Origin: Candidatus Methylomirabilia bacterium
GTDB lineage: Bacteria > Methylomirabilota > Methylomirabilia > Rokubacteriales > CSP1-6
Assembly (NCBI GenBank): GCA_041492755.1
Contig: JBGPXN010000043.1
Location: forward strand, 1 to 31,121
Direction of reading: 5' to 3'
Length of the DNA: 31,121 nucleotides
The notes under the pieces are model-generated. The model saw only the letters and a list, made by a program, of their open reading frames with translations, was not told the origin of the DNA and made no database searches. Made by a program: the position numbers and the translations under genes. Within the stretch, counting starts at the first letter, position 1. Each line of letters begins with the position of its first letter. Of this stretch, positions 1-7,903 are shown piece after piece.

Positions 1-187
1 ACCCGTTCGAGCGCCGGCTTCGCCGGCGCCATCCGCTTCCGGCTCCGCCGGTAGGGGGAGCGGCGGAAGCGGCGGTCGCTCCCCCCGATCCCACCCGTTC
101 GAGCGCCGGCTTCGCCGGCGCCATCCGCTTCCGGTTTCCGGTTCCGCCGGTGGGGGGCATCGGGGGGAGCGGCGGTCGCTCCCCCCG
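1..187. repeat. Two tandem copies (1-~89, 93-~187) of palindromic REP-like repeat, family A
   Basis: Both begin acccgttcgagcgccggcttcgccggcgccatccgcttccgg and end gcggcggtcgctccccccg. Hairpins GCGCCGGC-ttc-GCCGGCGC and (copy 2) GGGGGGAGCG-gcggt-CGCTCCCCCC. Third copy at 25747-25829. Confidence 0.9.
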
Positions 188-190
188 CTC

Positions 191-1183
191 CTAAATAGTC
201 TGGCGCATGGCCACCCGGGCGGGCAGGGTCTTGCCCCGCTCGCGGGCGATGCGCTCCAGCTCCGGCGGCAGCGCGAACCGGACGTCCTCCTCGACCACCC
301 GCTCCTCTCGCACGGCGGCGCCGCGGCGGCGCAGGAATTCCACCGTCTGGGTGACGAGCACCTCGGGCGTGGAGGCGCCCGCGCTCACGCCGATGCGGCG
401 GGCGCCCCCGAGCCACTCGGGGCGGATGTCGTTCACGTCGTTGATCAGATACGCACGGGTGCCCGCGGTCTGCGAAACCTCGACCAGGCGGATCGCATTG
501 GAGCTGTTGGCGGAGCCGATGACGAGCAGCACGTCCACGGCGTCGGACACCTTCTTGACTGCGGCCTGGCGGTTCTGCGTCGCGTAGCAGATGTCGTCGC
601 GGGAGGGGCCCACGATGTTCGGGAACCGGCGGCGCAGGGCCTCGATGACGTCGCGGGTGTCGTCCATCGACAGCGTCGTCTGGGTCAGGTACGCGACCTT
701 GTTCGGGTTCGGGACGACGAGCCGCTCGGCGGCGTCGACGTTGGCGACCACGAAGATGCGGTCGGGGGCTTCGCCGAGCGTGCCGATCACCTCGTCGTGA
801 TCCCGATGGCCGATGAGGATGATCGAGTAGCCCTCGCGCGCGTACCGGATCGCCTCCAGGTGCACCTTGGTCACCAGCGGGCAGGTGGCGTCGATGGCGC
901 GCAGGCGGCGGCGGCGCGCCTCGTCCCGCACGGCCGGCGCGATGCCGTGGGCGCTGAAGATGACCGTCGCGCCGTCGGGCACCTCGTCCAGCTCGTCCAC
1001 GAAGATCGCGCCCTCGTTCCGGAGATGCTCGACGACGTGGCGGTTGTGGACGATCTCCTTGCGGACGTACACGGGCGGATCGCACACCGACAGCGCGAGC
1101 TCCACGATGTCGATCGCGCGCTCCACCCCCGCGCAGAATCCGCGGGGCCCGGCCAGGACGATCTCGGCAATGCTCTGGCTCAT
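191..1183 (-). CDS. ispH: 4-hydroxy-3-methylbut-2-enyl diphosphate reductase (330 aa)
   Basis: PRGFCAGV, DATCPLVTKVH and DICYATQNRQ supply the three Fe-S Cys; SSN motif present. Start moved to ATG 1183 (MSQSIAE, GAGGG RBS) because the ORF-track extension runs through repeat DNA. Confidence 0.97.
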   Translation of the reverse strand: MSQSIAEIVLAGPRGFCAGVERAIDIVELALSVCDPPVYVRKEIVHNRHVVEHLRNEGAIFVDELDEVPDGATVIFSAHGIAPAVRDEARRRRLRAIDATCPLVTKVHLEAIRYAREGYSIILIGHRDHDEVIGTLGEAPDRIFVVANVDAAERLVVPNPNKVAYLTQTTLSMDDTRDVIEALRRRFPNIVGPSRDDICYATQNRQAAVKKVSDAVDVLLVIGSANSSNAIRLVEVSQTAGTRAYLINDVNDIRPEWLGGARRIGVSAGASTPEVLVTQTVEFLRRRGAAVREERVVEEDVRFALPPELERIARERGKTLPARVAMRQTI

Positions 1184-1199
1184 GTGCGTGCCCTCAGAG

Positions 1200-1333
1200 T
1201 CGAGGAGCGCCACGGCTTCGCCGGGGCGCTTCCGAGCGTTGGGGGTATGGGAGCCATGTCGGGGCCCCCATGTATACAATCGGTCCTTTCGAGGCCCCCT
1301 TTCCAATCAAATGGGCCATGTCGGGGTCCCCCA
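1200..1333. repeat. Palindromic repeat family B: full copy 1200-1271 plus partial copy ~1311-1333
   Basis: tcgaggagcgccacggcttcgccggggcgcttccgagcgttgggggtatgggagccatgtcggggcccccat matches the copies at 27981-28053 and 28074-28150. atgggccatgtcggggtccccca is a second half-unit. Confidence 0.88.
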
Positions 1334-1334
1334 C

Positions 1335-1934
1335 TCAGTGGAAGAAGAAGGAGAGCCCCACCACGCCGGTGTTGGCCTCGAAGCCGCGATTGGGCCGGGC
1401 GGTGTTGCCGTTGGAGATGTGCGTGTAGCGGTAGCCGCCGTACAGGGCCGTGCTGTCCGTGAGGAACACCGCCGCGCCCAGGCCGCCGAAGAGCTGGAAC
1501 GCGAAGGACGAGTTGATCTCGCGCACCTCGAGGTCCGTGCCCCCCGCCGCCGCGCCGAGCTCCACGTACGGGACGAGCCCGTCGATCCAGAGGAAGTGGT
1601 ACCGGGTGGCGATGGCGAGTCCGGCATAGGTCGCGTCTTGCGGTTCGGTATAGCGGAGCGCGATGGCTTCGAGGCCCACCTCGAACGCGCCGTGGAGCGC
1701 GCCCGAGCCGGTGGGACCGAACGGCAGGATGCCCGCGCGCACGCCACCCAGGAAGAACTCGATGTCGCTCTGGAGGTTGAACCCTTCGAGGTTGAACTGT
1801 TTGCCGTAACCGCCCTCGAAGGACAGGATGACGGTGTTCTTCTTGAAGATCTGCTCTTCGTCCCAGGCGGCCGCGGGCACGACGGAGAGGAGGACGAGAG
1901 CGACGGCGAGGAGCAGGGCTCGGCGACCCGTCAT
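1335..1934 (-). CDS. PagL/acyloxyacyl-hydrolase-like outer-membrane beta-barrel protein (199 aa)
   Basis: Signal peptide MTGRRALLLAVALVLLSVVPAAA, amphipathic beta strands, YRYTHISNGNTARPNRG (PagL-type H-x-S-N...N-x-G) and aromatic C-terminus. ATGA overlap with the upstream stop at 1931-1934. Confidence 0.78.
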   Translation of the reverse strand: MTGRRALLLAVALVLLSVVPAAAWDEEQIFKKNTVILSFEGGYGKQFNLEGFNLQSDIEFFLGGVRAGILPFGPTGSGALHGAFEVGLEAIALRYTEPQDATYAGLAIATRYHFLWIDGLVPYVELGAAAGGTDLEVREINSSFAFQLFGGLGAAVFLTDSTALYGGYRYTHISNGNTARPNRGFEANTGVVGLSFFFH

Positions 1935-2953
1935 GGCTCGATCAGTACCTTCAATGCGCCCCCCCGGGACATGAGTTCGAGCGCCTCGCGGACCGCATCG
2001 AGTCCCATCCGGTGGGTCACCAGCCCGTCCGGGACCACCGCCTGTGACTCGAGCAGCTCTACCGCCCGCGCGATCAGCGCCGGGGTATGGTGAAAGGCCC
2101 CGACGAGGTTCAACTCCTCGTAATGCACTCGCCGCGTGTCGAGGGAAATCGTGGTCCCCGGTGCGCAGCCCCCGAAGAATACCACAGTGCCTCCCCGACC
2201 CACCGTTGCCACGGCCTGTTCCCAGACCTCCGGTCGGCCCGTCGCGTCGATCACCACGTCGGCGCCGCGAGGTCCGACCTCGCTCCGCAATTGCTCCAGT
2301 CCGCCCGGGGTCGCCGTGGCGTCCAGGCATTCCGCGACCCCGAGAGCGCGCACGACGTCCAGCCGCCAGCCGCCCTTGCCAACGAGGATCACGCGCGCCT
2401 TGCGGATGGCGGCGGCCATCGCCAGCAAGCAGCCCAGCGGTCCGTGGCCGAAGATCACGACGGTCTGGCCCGGCTCGACCCGCCCGCGCTCGACACCGAG
2501 CAGGGCGCAGGCGAGCGGCTCCGCGAACGCCGCCCGCGCCGCCGACACCGTCCCCAGTCGCACCACGTTTCGGGCGACCAGGCGCGGCGGCAGCGCGATC
2601 GCCTCGCCGTACGCGCCATTGACGAAGAGCAGGTCCTCGCAGAGGTTCGGGCGCCCCCCGCGACACGACGGGCACGCGCCGCATGGCGCCGAGTTCGCCG
2701 CCACGACCCGGTCGCCCTCGCGCACCGCGGGCACGCCCCGGCCGACGGCGGTCACCGTGCCCGCGAACTCGTGACCGAACACCGTCGGTACGTGGGGGAT
2801 CATCACCGGGTGGCCGCGCCGGAGCGTCTTGACGTCAGTGCCGCACGTGAGGGCGGCGTCGATGCGCATCACGACCTCGCCCGCGGCCGGGGTCGGCCAC
2901 GGCACGTCCTCGTAGCGCAGATCTCCGGGGCCGTGGAAGACCATCGCCCTCAT
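1931..2953 (-). CDS. Zn-dependent medium-chain (polyol/sorbitol/threonine-type) dehydrogenase (340 aa)
   Basis: CGTD, GHEFAG, structural Zn CGACPSCRGGRPNLC, EPLAC, GHGPLG Rossmann motif. Confidence 0.92.
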   Translation of the reverse strand: MRAMVFHGPGDLRYEDVPWPTPAAGEVVMRIDAALTCGTDVKTLRRGHPVMIPHVPTVFGHEFAGTVTAVGRGVPAVREGDRVVAANSAPCGACPSCRGGRPNLCEDLLFVNGAYGEAIALPPRLVARNVVRLGTVSAARAAFAEPLACALLGVERGRVEPGQTVVIFGHGPLGCLLAMAAAIRKARVILVGKGGWRLDVVRALGVAECLDATATPGGLEQLRSEVGPRGADVVIDATGRPEVWEQAVATVGRGGTVVFFGGCAPGTTISLDTRRVHYEELNLVGAFHHTPALIARAVELLESQAVVPDGLVTHRMGLDAVREALELMSRGGALKVLIEP

Positions 2954-3978
2954 GGCGTGACGTAGACCTTCAGCGCCTGCCGGCGACGCATCAGCTCGAC
3001 ACCGGCCGCCAGCTCCGCGAGCGGCAGGCGGTGGGTGATGAGCGGCTCGACGGTCACGTCGCCACGCGTGATGAGTCGGAAGGATTCGACGAGATCGGCG
3101 GGCGACGACGAGTACGTCGTCGTCAGCGTGATCTCGCGATGGTAGATCGACTGCAGCGGAACGGGCAGGCCGTCGCCAGCGCCGCCCGCGAAGAAGTGCA
3201 GCGTGCCGCCGTCACGCACGACGCTCATGGCCCACGGCAGCACGGCCGCTCCCCCGCCCGTCACCAGCACGTGATCGGCGCCGCGCCCATCGGCGTGCGC
3301 GCGCACGGCGGCGGCCGCCGCGTCGGGACCTTCCGCATCGGCGGCGCCCAGGCGGCGGGCGAGGTCGAGTCGCTCCGCGATCGGATCCACGCCGACGACG
3401 GCGGCGCCCGCTCGCGCGTAGAGCTGCACGAAGAGATTGCCGACGGAGCCGAGCCCGACCACGGCCACGGTGTCGCCGCGCTCCACCCGACTGCGTCGCA
3501 CCGCGCGCACGCAGCACGCGAGCGGCTCCACGAACGAGGCGGCTTCGTCCGACACCGCGGGCGGGATCCGGAACGTCGCGTGGCGGACGTTGGCCGCCGG
3601 CACGCGGATCATCTCCGCGAAACCACCAGGGTCGAGGTTGCTCGCCTTGAACCCGCGACACATCGACGGGCTGCCGCGCCGGCAGTAGTGGCAGGCGCCG
3701 CACGGCACGTGATGCGCGGCCACCACCCGATCGCCCACCACCGGCGTTTCGCCGCTGGCCAGGGGGCCGATCGCGTCGCCGACCTCGACCACGTCGCCCA
3801 CCAGCTCGTGGCCGAAGACGGCCGGGCGCGTGGGCGCCGCCTCGACGAGCTTGGCGATGTCCGACCCGCAGAGACCGCAGCCGCGCAGCCGGAGCAAGAG
3901 CTCGCCGGCCCCGGCGCGCGGGCGCGGCCAGTCCTCGACGCGGAGCGCGTCGCCGCCGCGGAAGACGACCGCTTTCAT
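2950..3978 (-). CDS. Zn-dependent medium-chain (polyol-type) dehydrogenase (342 aa)
   Basis: Start MKAVVFRG at ATG 3978 (ATGA overlap with the hpnD stop). CGSD, GHELVG, CGACHYCRRGSPSMC, EPLAC, GLGSVG. Confidence 0.92.
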   Translation of the reverse strand: MKAVVFRGGDALRVEDWPRPRAGAGELLLRLRGCGLCGSDIAKLVEAAPTRPAVFGHELVGDVVEVGDAIGPLASGETPVVGDRVVAAHHVPCGACHYCRRGSPSMCRGFKASNLDPGGFAEMIRVPAANVRHATFRIPPAVSDEAASFVEPLACCVRAVRRSRVERGDTVAVVGLGSVGNLFVQLYARAGAAVVGVDPIAERLDLARRLGAADAEGPDAAAAAVRAHADGRGADHVLVTGGGAAVLPWAMSVVRDGGTLHFFAGGAGDGLPVPLQSIYHREITLTTTYSSSPADLVESFRLITRGDVTVEPLITHRLPLAELAAGVELMRRRQALKVYVTP

Positions 3979-4865
3979 GCCGCCATCGGGGCCGCGGTGG
4001 TCCGGCCGAGCCGGCCGTTGAGCCAGCAGCGGAGCGCGATGGCGATCTTGCGGGCGGCCGGAACGCTCACCCGCTCGCCGAACACCCGGAAGCGGCGCGT
4101 TTCGATCTCGGCCAGGAGCGCCGCGTAGATCTGTCCCATGATCTCGGCCGCGACGAGCGCGCGCGCGTCGGCCACCGGAAAGGCGTGGCGAGCGGTCCGG
4201 TAGAAGTCCCGCGCGCGCGCCGCCTCGTGGCTCATCAGCCGAACGAACCCATCGGTGTAGCGGCCGGCGGCCAGGTCGTCGTTGCTCACGCCGAACCGGC
4301 GCAGGTCGGCCTGGGGAAGGTAGACGCGGCCGGCCCGCGCGTCGGCGCCGACGTCGCGCAGGATGTTCGTGAGCTGCAGGGCGACCCCGAGGTTGACCGC
4401 GTAGTCCCGCGCGCGCGGATCGGTGTAGCCGAAGATCTCGATGGCGCACAGCCCGACCGCGGAGGCGACCCGGTAACAATACGGATAGAGGTCATCCATG
4501 GTCTCGTAGGCGCGCCGGTCGAGGTCCATCTCGCAGCCGTCCACGATGGCCTCCAGCGCCGCGCGCGGAATCGGATACGCCGCCACCGCCGCGGCCAGTC
4601 GCTGGGCGATGGGATGCGCCGGGGCCGGGGCCGCGGGCTCGAAGCAGCGGCCGACGACCGCGCGCCAGTCGGCGAGCTGACGACGTTGGGTGGCGGCGTT
4701 CGCGCCCCGCTCGGCGCCGAGATCGGCGACGTCGTCGACGGTCCGGCAGAACGCGTAGACGGCGTAGAGGGCATCGCGGCGGGGGCGCGGCAGCGTGAGA
4801 AAGGCGTAGTAGAAGTTGGATCGGCTGCGGCGCGTGAGCTGGGACACGAGCGCGGCCGCGTTCAC
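3975..4865 (-). CDS. hpnD: Presqualene diphosphate synthase HpnD, squalene/phytoene synthase family (296 aa)
   Basis: SRSNFYYAFLTL, YAFCRTVDDVAD, YCYRVASAVG, LQLTNILRDVGAD, GRVYLP. GTG start at 4865 overlaps the hpnA stop. Confidence 0.9.
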   Translation of the reverse strand: MNAAALVSQLTRRSRSNFYYAFLTLPRPRRDALYAVYAFCRTVDDVADLGAERGANAATQRRQLADWRAVVGRCFEPAAPAPAHPIAQRLAAAVAAYPIPRAALEAIVDGCEMDLDRRAYETMDDLYPYCYRVASAVGLCAIEIFGYTDPRARDYAVNLGVALQLTNILRDVGADARAGRVYLPQADLRRFGVSNDDLAAGRYTDGFVRLMSHEAARARDFYRTARHAFPVADARALVAAEIMGQIYAALLAEIETRRFRVFGERVSVPAARKIAIALRCWLNGRLGRTTAAPMAA

Positions 4866-5881
4866 GACGCCACCCCGACACCCACTCGCGCAAGTGTGGC
4901 ATAGCCATGCGTCGAAAACCACTCGACGGCCTCGCGCAGCGCCTCCCGCACGTCGGTCTGCGGCAGCCCCAATTCGGCCACCGCCTTGGCCGGACTGAAG
5001 AACATGCGCTTGCGCGCCATGCGGACGGCCGTCAACGACACTCGCGGGGTGCCGCCGCCGGCGCGCGCCAGCCCCTCCAGGCACGCCGCGCCCAGCCACG
5101 CGACCGCGTACGGCATCCGCCAGCGCGGCGCCGGCCGCCCGGTGATCCCGGCCAGCAGGTCGAAGAGCTCCCAAAGCGTGAGGTTGGCGTGGCCGAGGAT
5201 GTAGCGCTCCCCGACCCGCCCGCGCGCGGCGGCCAGCAAATGACCACGGGCGACGTCGCGCACGTGCACGACGTTGAGGCCGGTGTCGAGCGAGGCGATC
5301 ATCCGCCCGCGCATGAAGTCGACGACCATCTCGCCCGTCGGGGTGGGCTTGACGTCCCACGGCCCCACCGGCGCCGACGGATTGACCACGACGACCGGCA
5401 GCCCCCGCGCGGCGAAGTCGAGTGCGACCCGTTCGGCGAGAAACTTGGACGACTTGTACGGCCCGACCATGTCGGCGAGGACGGACGGCGTATCTTCCGT
5501 CCCCGGGCTGCCGTCCGACGGCAGGCCGAGGGCGCCGACGGTCGAGGTGTAGACGATCCGGCGCGCGCCCGCCTCGCCAGCGGCCTCCAGCACGGCGCGA
5601 GTACCCTCGACGTTGGTGCGATACAGCGCGGCGGGATCGCGCGTCCACAGCCGGTAATCCGCGGCGACGTGAAACACGGGGTCGGCGCCCTTCGACGCCC
5701 GCGCGAGCGAGGCGCGATCGAGCAGATCGCCCTCGGCGATCTCGACCTTCAACCCGGCCAGCGCGCGCCGGTCACCGCCGGGACGGGCCAGCACGCGCAC
5801 CGTCGCGCCGTCGTCGAGCAGCGCGCGCACGACGTTGGCGCCGACGAAACCGGTGCCGCCGGTGACCAGCGCCGTGCTCAC
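4862..5881 (-). CDS. hpnA: Hopanoid-associated NAD-dependent sugar epimerase/dehydratase HpnA (339 aa)
   Basis: LVTGGTGFVG, FHVAADYRLW, YKSSK (YxxxK), NPSAPVGPWDVKPTPTG. GTG start at 5881. Confidence 0.92.
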   Translation of the reverse strand: MSTALVTGGTGFVGANVVRALLDDGATVRVLARPGGDRRALAGLKVEIAEGDLLDRASLARASKGADPVFHVAADYRLWTRDPAALYRTNVEGTRAVLEAAGEAGARRIVYTSTVGALGLPSDGSPGTEDTPSVLADMVGPYKSSKFLAERVALDFAARGLPVVVVNPSAPVGPWDVKPTPTGEMVVDFMRGRMIASLDTGLNVVHVRDVARGHLLAAARGRVGERYILGHANLTLWELFDLLAGITGRPAPRWRMPYAVAWLGAACLEGLARAGGGTPRVSLTAVRMARKRMFFSPAKAVAELGLPQTDVREALREAVEWFSTHGYATLARVGVGVAS

Positions 5882-6552
5882 GCGCGCGCCACCCGCGCCA
5901 CCGCGGTGGCGACGGTCCGGATCGCGGCGGCCGTCCCGCGCCCGAGCGCGACGGCATCGGCGAGCCGCGCCGGCTCGGTCAGGACGAGCCGCAGTGCGCC
6001 CGCCGCGCGCACCCGACCGTCGTCGCCCACCAACCGCGCCAGGGCCGGCGACACGCCGAAGTCGGCACCGTCGGACACGGCGCGAACGACGGCCGCGCGC
6101 AAGCCTTGCGCCTGTGCCCATTCGAGGATGGGCGCGGACTCCATGTCGATGGCCACGGCACCGGAGGTGAGCCACAGGCGCGATTTGTCGGCGGCGGTCG
6201 ACACCACCTCGCTGACGGTGAGCACGGTGCCGGCGCGCGCCAGCGGGGCGGCCGCGGCCGTGGCGTACGTCGTCCCGTCTTCAGTCCGGACGGTGTCGGG
6301 GACCACGAGATCGCCCACGGCGAGCTGCGGCGCGAGCGCGCCGCAGGCGCCGGCCGCGAGCACGAGCGCCGGGCGCCGCCACGCCGCGGCGCGCGCGGAC
6401 AGGTACGCGGCGCGGAGACCGACGCAGGCGACTTCGATGGCGCCGCTCAGGTAGTGCGGCCACTGGGCGCCGGGAACGGAGCTGAGGCTCAGGTGACGGG
6501 CGAGGCCACGGGCCTCGACGTCGACGGCGGTGAGCACGAGGACGTGCGTCAC
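5878..6552 (-). CDS. hpnG: Hopanoid-associated nucleoside phosphorylase HpnG-like (224 aa)
   Basis: GACGALAPQLAVGDLVV, GAVAIDMES and VRAVSD of the PNP/MTA nucleosidase fold; lies between hpnH and hpnA. Confidence 0.82.
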   Translation of the reverse strand: MTHVLVLTAVDVEARGLARHLSLSSVPGAQWPHYLSGAIEVACVGLRAAYLSARAAAWRRPALVLAAGACGALAPQLAVGDLVVPDTVRTEDGTTYATAAAAPLARAGTVLTVSEVVSTAADKSRLWLTSGAVAIDMESAPILEWAQAQGLRAAVVRAVSDGADFGVSPALARLVGDDGRVRAAGALRLVLTEPARLADAVALGRGTAAAIRTVATAVARVARA

Positions 6553-6884
6553 GCGCCCGGCTTGGCCGCGCTCTCCGCCTTCCGCTGCCGCCAGGCTTCC
6601 CAGGACTTCCCGGCCGCCGTGTCCTTGCCCGTGAAGGCGATCGCGCGGATCTCCGCGTAGCGGAAGGTGTGCGAGCCGCCCGTGCCGTCGAAGACCTGCA
6701 CGAAGGGCTCGGGGACGGCGCGGTTGCGGTTGTAGAGGTAGCCGGTCAGCACCGCGCCGTGGATGGGGGTGAGCGTGACGTCGCCCCGGTAGTCGAAGGC
6801 GAGATCGATCAGCTCGGCGAGATGGGCAGTATCGTGGATCTCGGGCGCCCAGCCCTCGAGCGTACTTTCGGGTTCCGCGCTCAC
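6549..6884 (-). CDS. Small hypothetical protein (111 aa)
   Basis: GTG 6884 overlaps the hpnH stop and its own stop overlaps the hpnG start. Normal globular composition (AFDYRGDVTL...AFTGKDTAAGKSWEAW). Confidence 0.8.
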   Translation of the reverse strand: MSAEPESTLEGWAPEIHDTAHLAELIDLAFDYRGDVTLTPIHGAVLTGYLYNRNRAVPEPFVQVFDGTGGSHTFRYAEIRAIAFTGKDTAAGKSWEAWRQRKAESAAKPGA

Positions 6885-7903
6885 AGTCGGCTCGTGACCG
6901 TGGCCACGACGGTGTCCCGGAAGCCCCGCCACGATCCGAAGGTGTGGTCGACCGCGCTCGGCTCGTACCCGCAGTGCACCATGCAGTCGCGGCACTTGGG
7001 ATTGCCGCTGCGGCGGCCGTACTGGTCCCACGCCGTCTCCTCCATCAGCTCACGGAACGTCGCCGCGTAGCCCTCCTGGAGGAGGTAGCAGGGCCGCTGC
7101 CAGCCGAACATGTTGTAGGTCGGATTCCCCCACGGCGTGCACTCGAAGTCCTGCTTGCCCATGAGGAACCGGAGGAAGAGCGGCGACTGATTGAAGCGCC
7201 AGCGCCGGCGCGGCTTGTCGAGGATGGCGGAGAACAACTCGTTGGCGCGGCGGCGGCGCAGGAAGTGCTCCTGGTCGGGCGCTTTCGAGTAGCTGTACCC
7301 GGGCGAGATCATCATGCCCTCGACGCCCAGGTCCATCATCTCGTCGAAGAACTGCCGCATCCGCAGCGGCGACACGCCGTCGAACAGGGTGGAGTTCGTC
7401 GTCACGCGGAACCCGCGGCGCAGCGCCGCGCGGATCGCCTCCCGCGCCTGGTCGTAGACGCCGTCCCGGCACACCGCCTCGTCGTGCTCCTCGCGCAGGC
7501 CGTCCATGTGCACGCTGAACGAGAGGTACTTCGACGGCTCGAACAGCCCCTCGTCGAGCTTGTCCTTGAGGAGAATGGCGTTGGTGCACAGGTAGACGTA
7601 CGTGCGCCGCGCCACCAGCGCCCGGACGAGCGGGCCGATCTCGGGATACATGAGCGGCTCGCCGCCCGGGATGCTCACGATCGGCGCGCCGCACTCGTCC
7701 ACCGCGCGCAGGCATTGCTCGACGCTCAGGTGGCGTTTGAGGATATGGGCCGGATACTGGATCTTGCCGCACCCGGCGCAGGCGAGATTGCAGCGGAACA
7801 GCGGCTCGAGCATGAGAACCAGCGGGTAGCGCTTGCGCCCGGCCAGCTTCTGCCGGAGCACGTACGAGGCCACGGCCCACATCTGAGAGACCGGAACGCT
7901 CAT
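6881..7903 (-). CDS. hpnH: Adenosyl-hopene transferase HpnH, radical SAM (340 aa)
   Basis: RYPLVLMLEPLFRCNLACAGCGKI (CxxxCxxC), CTPWGNPT, PCYLL, CRDCMVHCGYE. ATG 7903. Confidence 0.96.
   Translation of the reverse strand: MSVPVSQMWAVASYVLRQKLAGRKRYPLVLMLEPLFRCNLACAGCGKIQYPAHILKRHLSVEQCLRAVDECGAPIVSIPGGEPLMYPEIGPLVRALVARRTYVYLCTNAILLKDKLDEGLFEPSKYLSFSVHMDGLREEHDEAVCRDGVYDQAREAIRAALRRGFRVTTNSTLFDGVSPLRMRQFFDEMMDLGVEGMMISPGYSYSKAPDQEHFLRRRRANELFSAILDKPRRRWRFNQSPLFLRFLMGKQDFECTPWGNPTYNMFGWQRPCYLLQEGYAATFRELMEETAWDQYGRRSGNPKCRDCMVHCGYEPSAVDHTFGSWRGFRDTVVATVTSRL

Noticed and set aside
1..187. Tandem palindromic repeats as a CRISPR array (also 27981-28150)
   Set aside because: Units are 70-95 bp with no unique spacers of regular length, copies are dispersed, and there are no cas genes.
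1184..1306. ORF-track N-terminal extensions of ispH (likewise the helicase to 25860 and the 714-aa ORF 26416-28560)
   Set aside because: The extensions translate repeat DNA or other genes' frames; family homology and SD/overlap signals begin at the downstream starts used here.
1272..1310. AT-rich patch TGTATACAAT and small hairpin between the family B copies as a promoter
   Set aside because: The best -10 (TACAAT) points antisense into the PagL-like gene and has no matching -35; it may be decayed repeat spacer.
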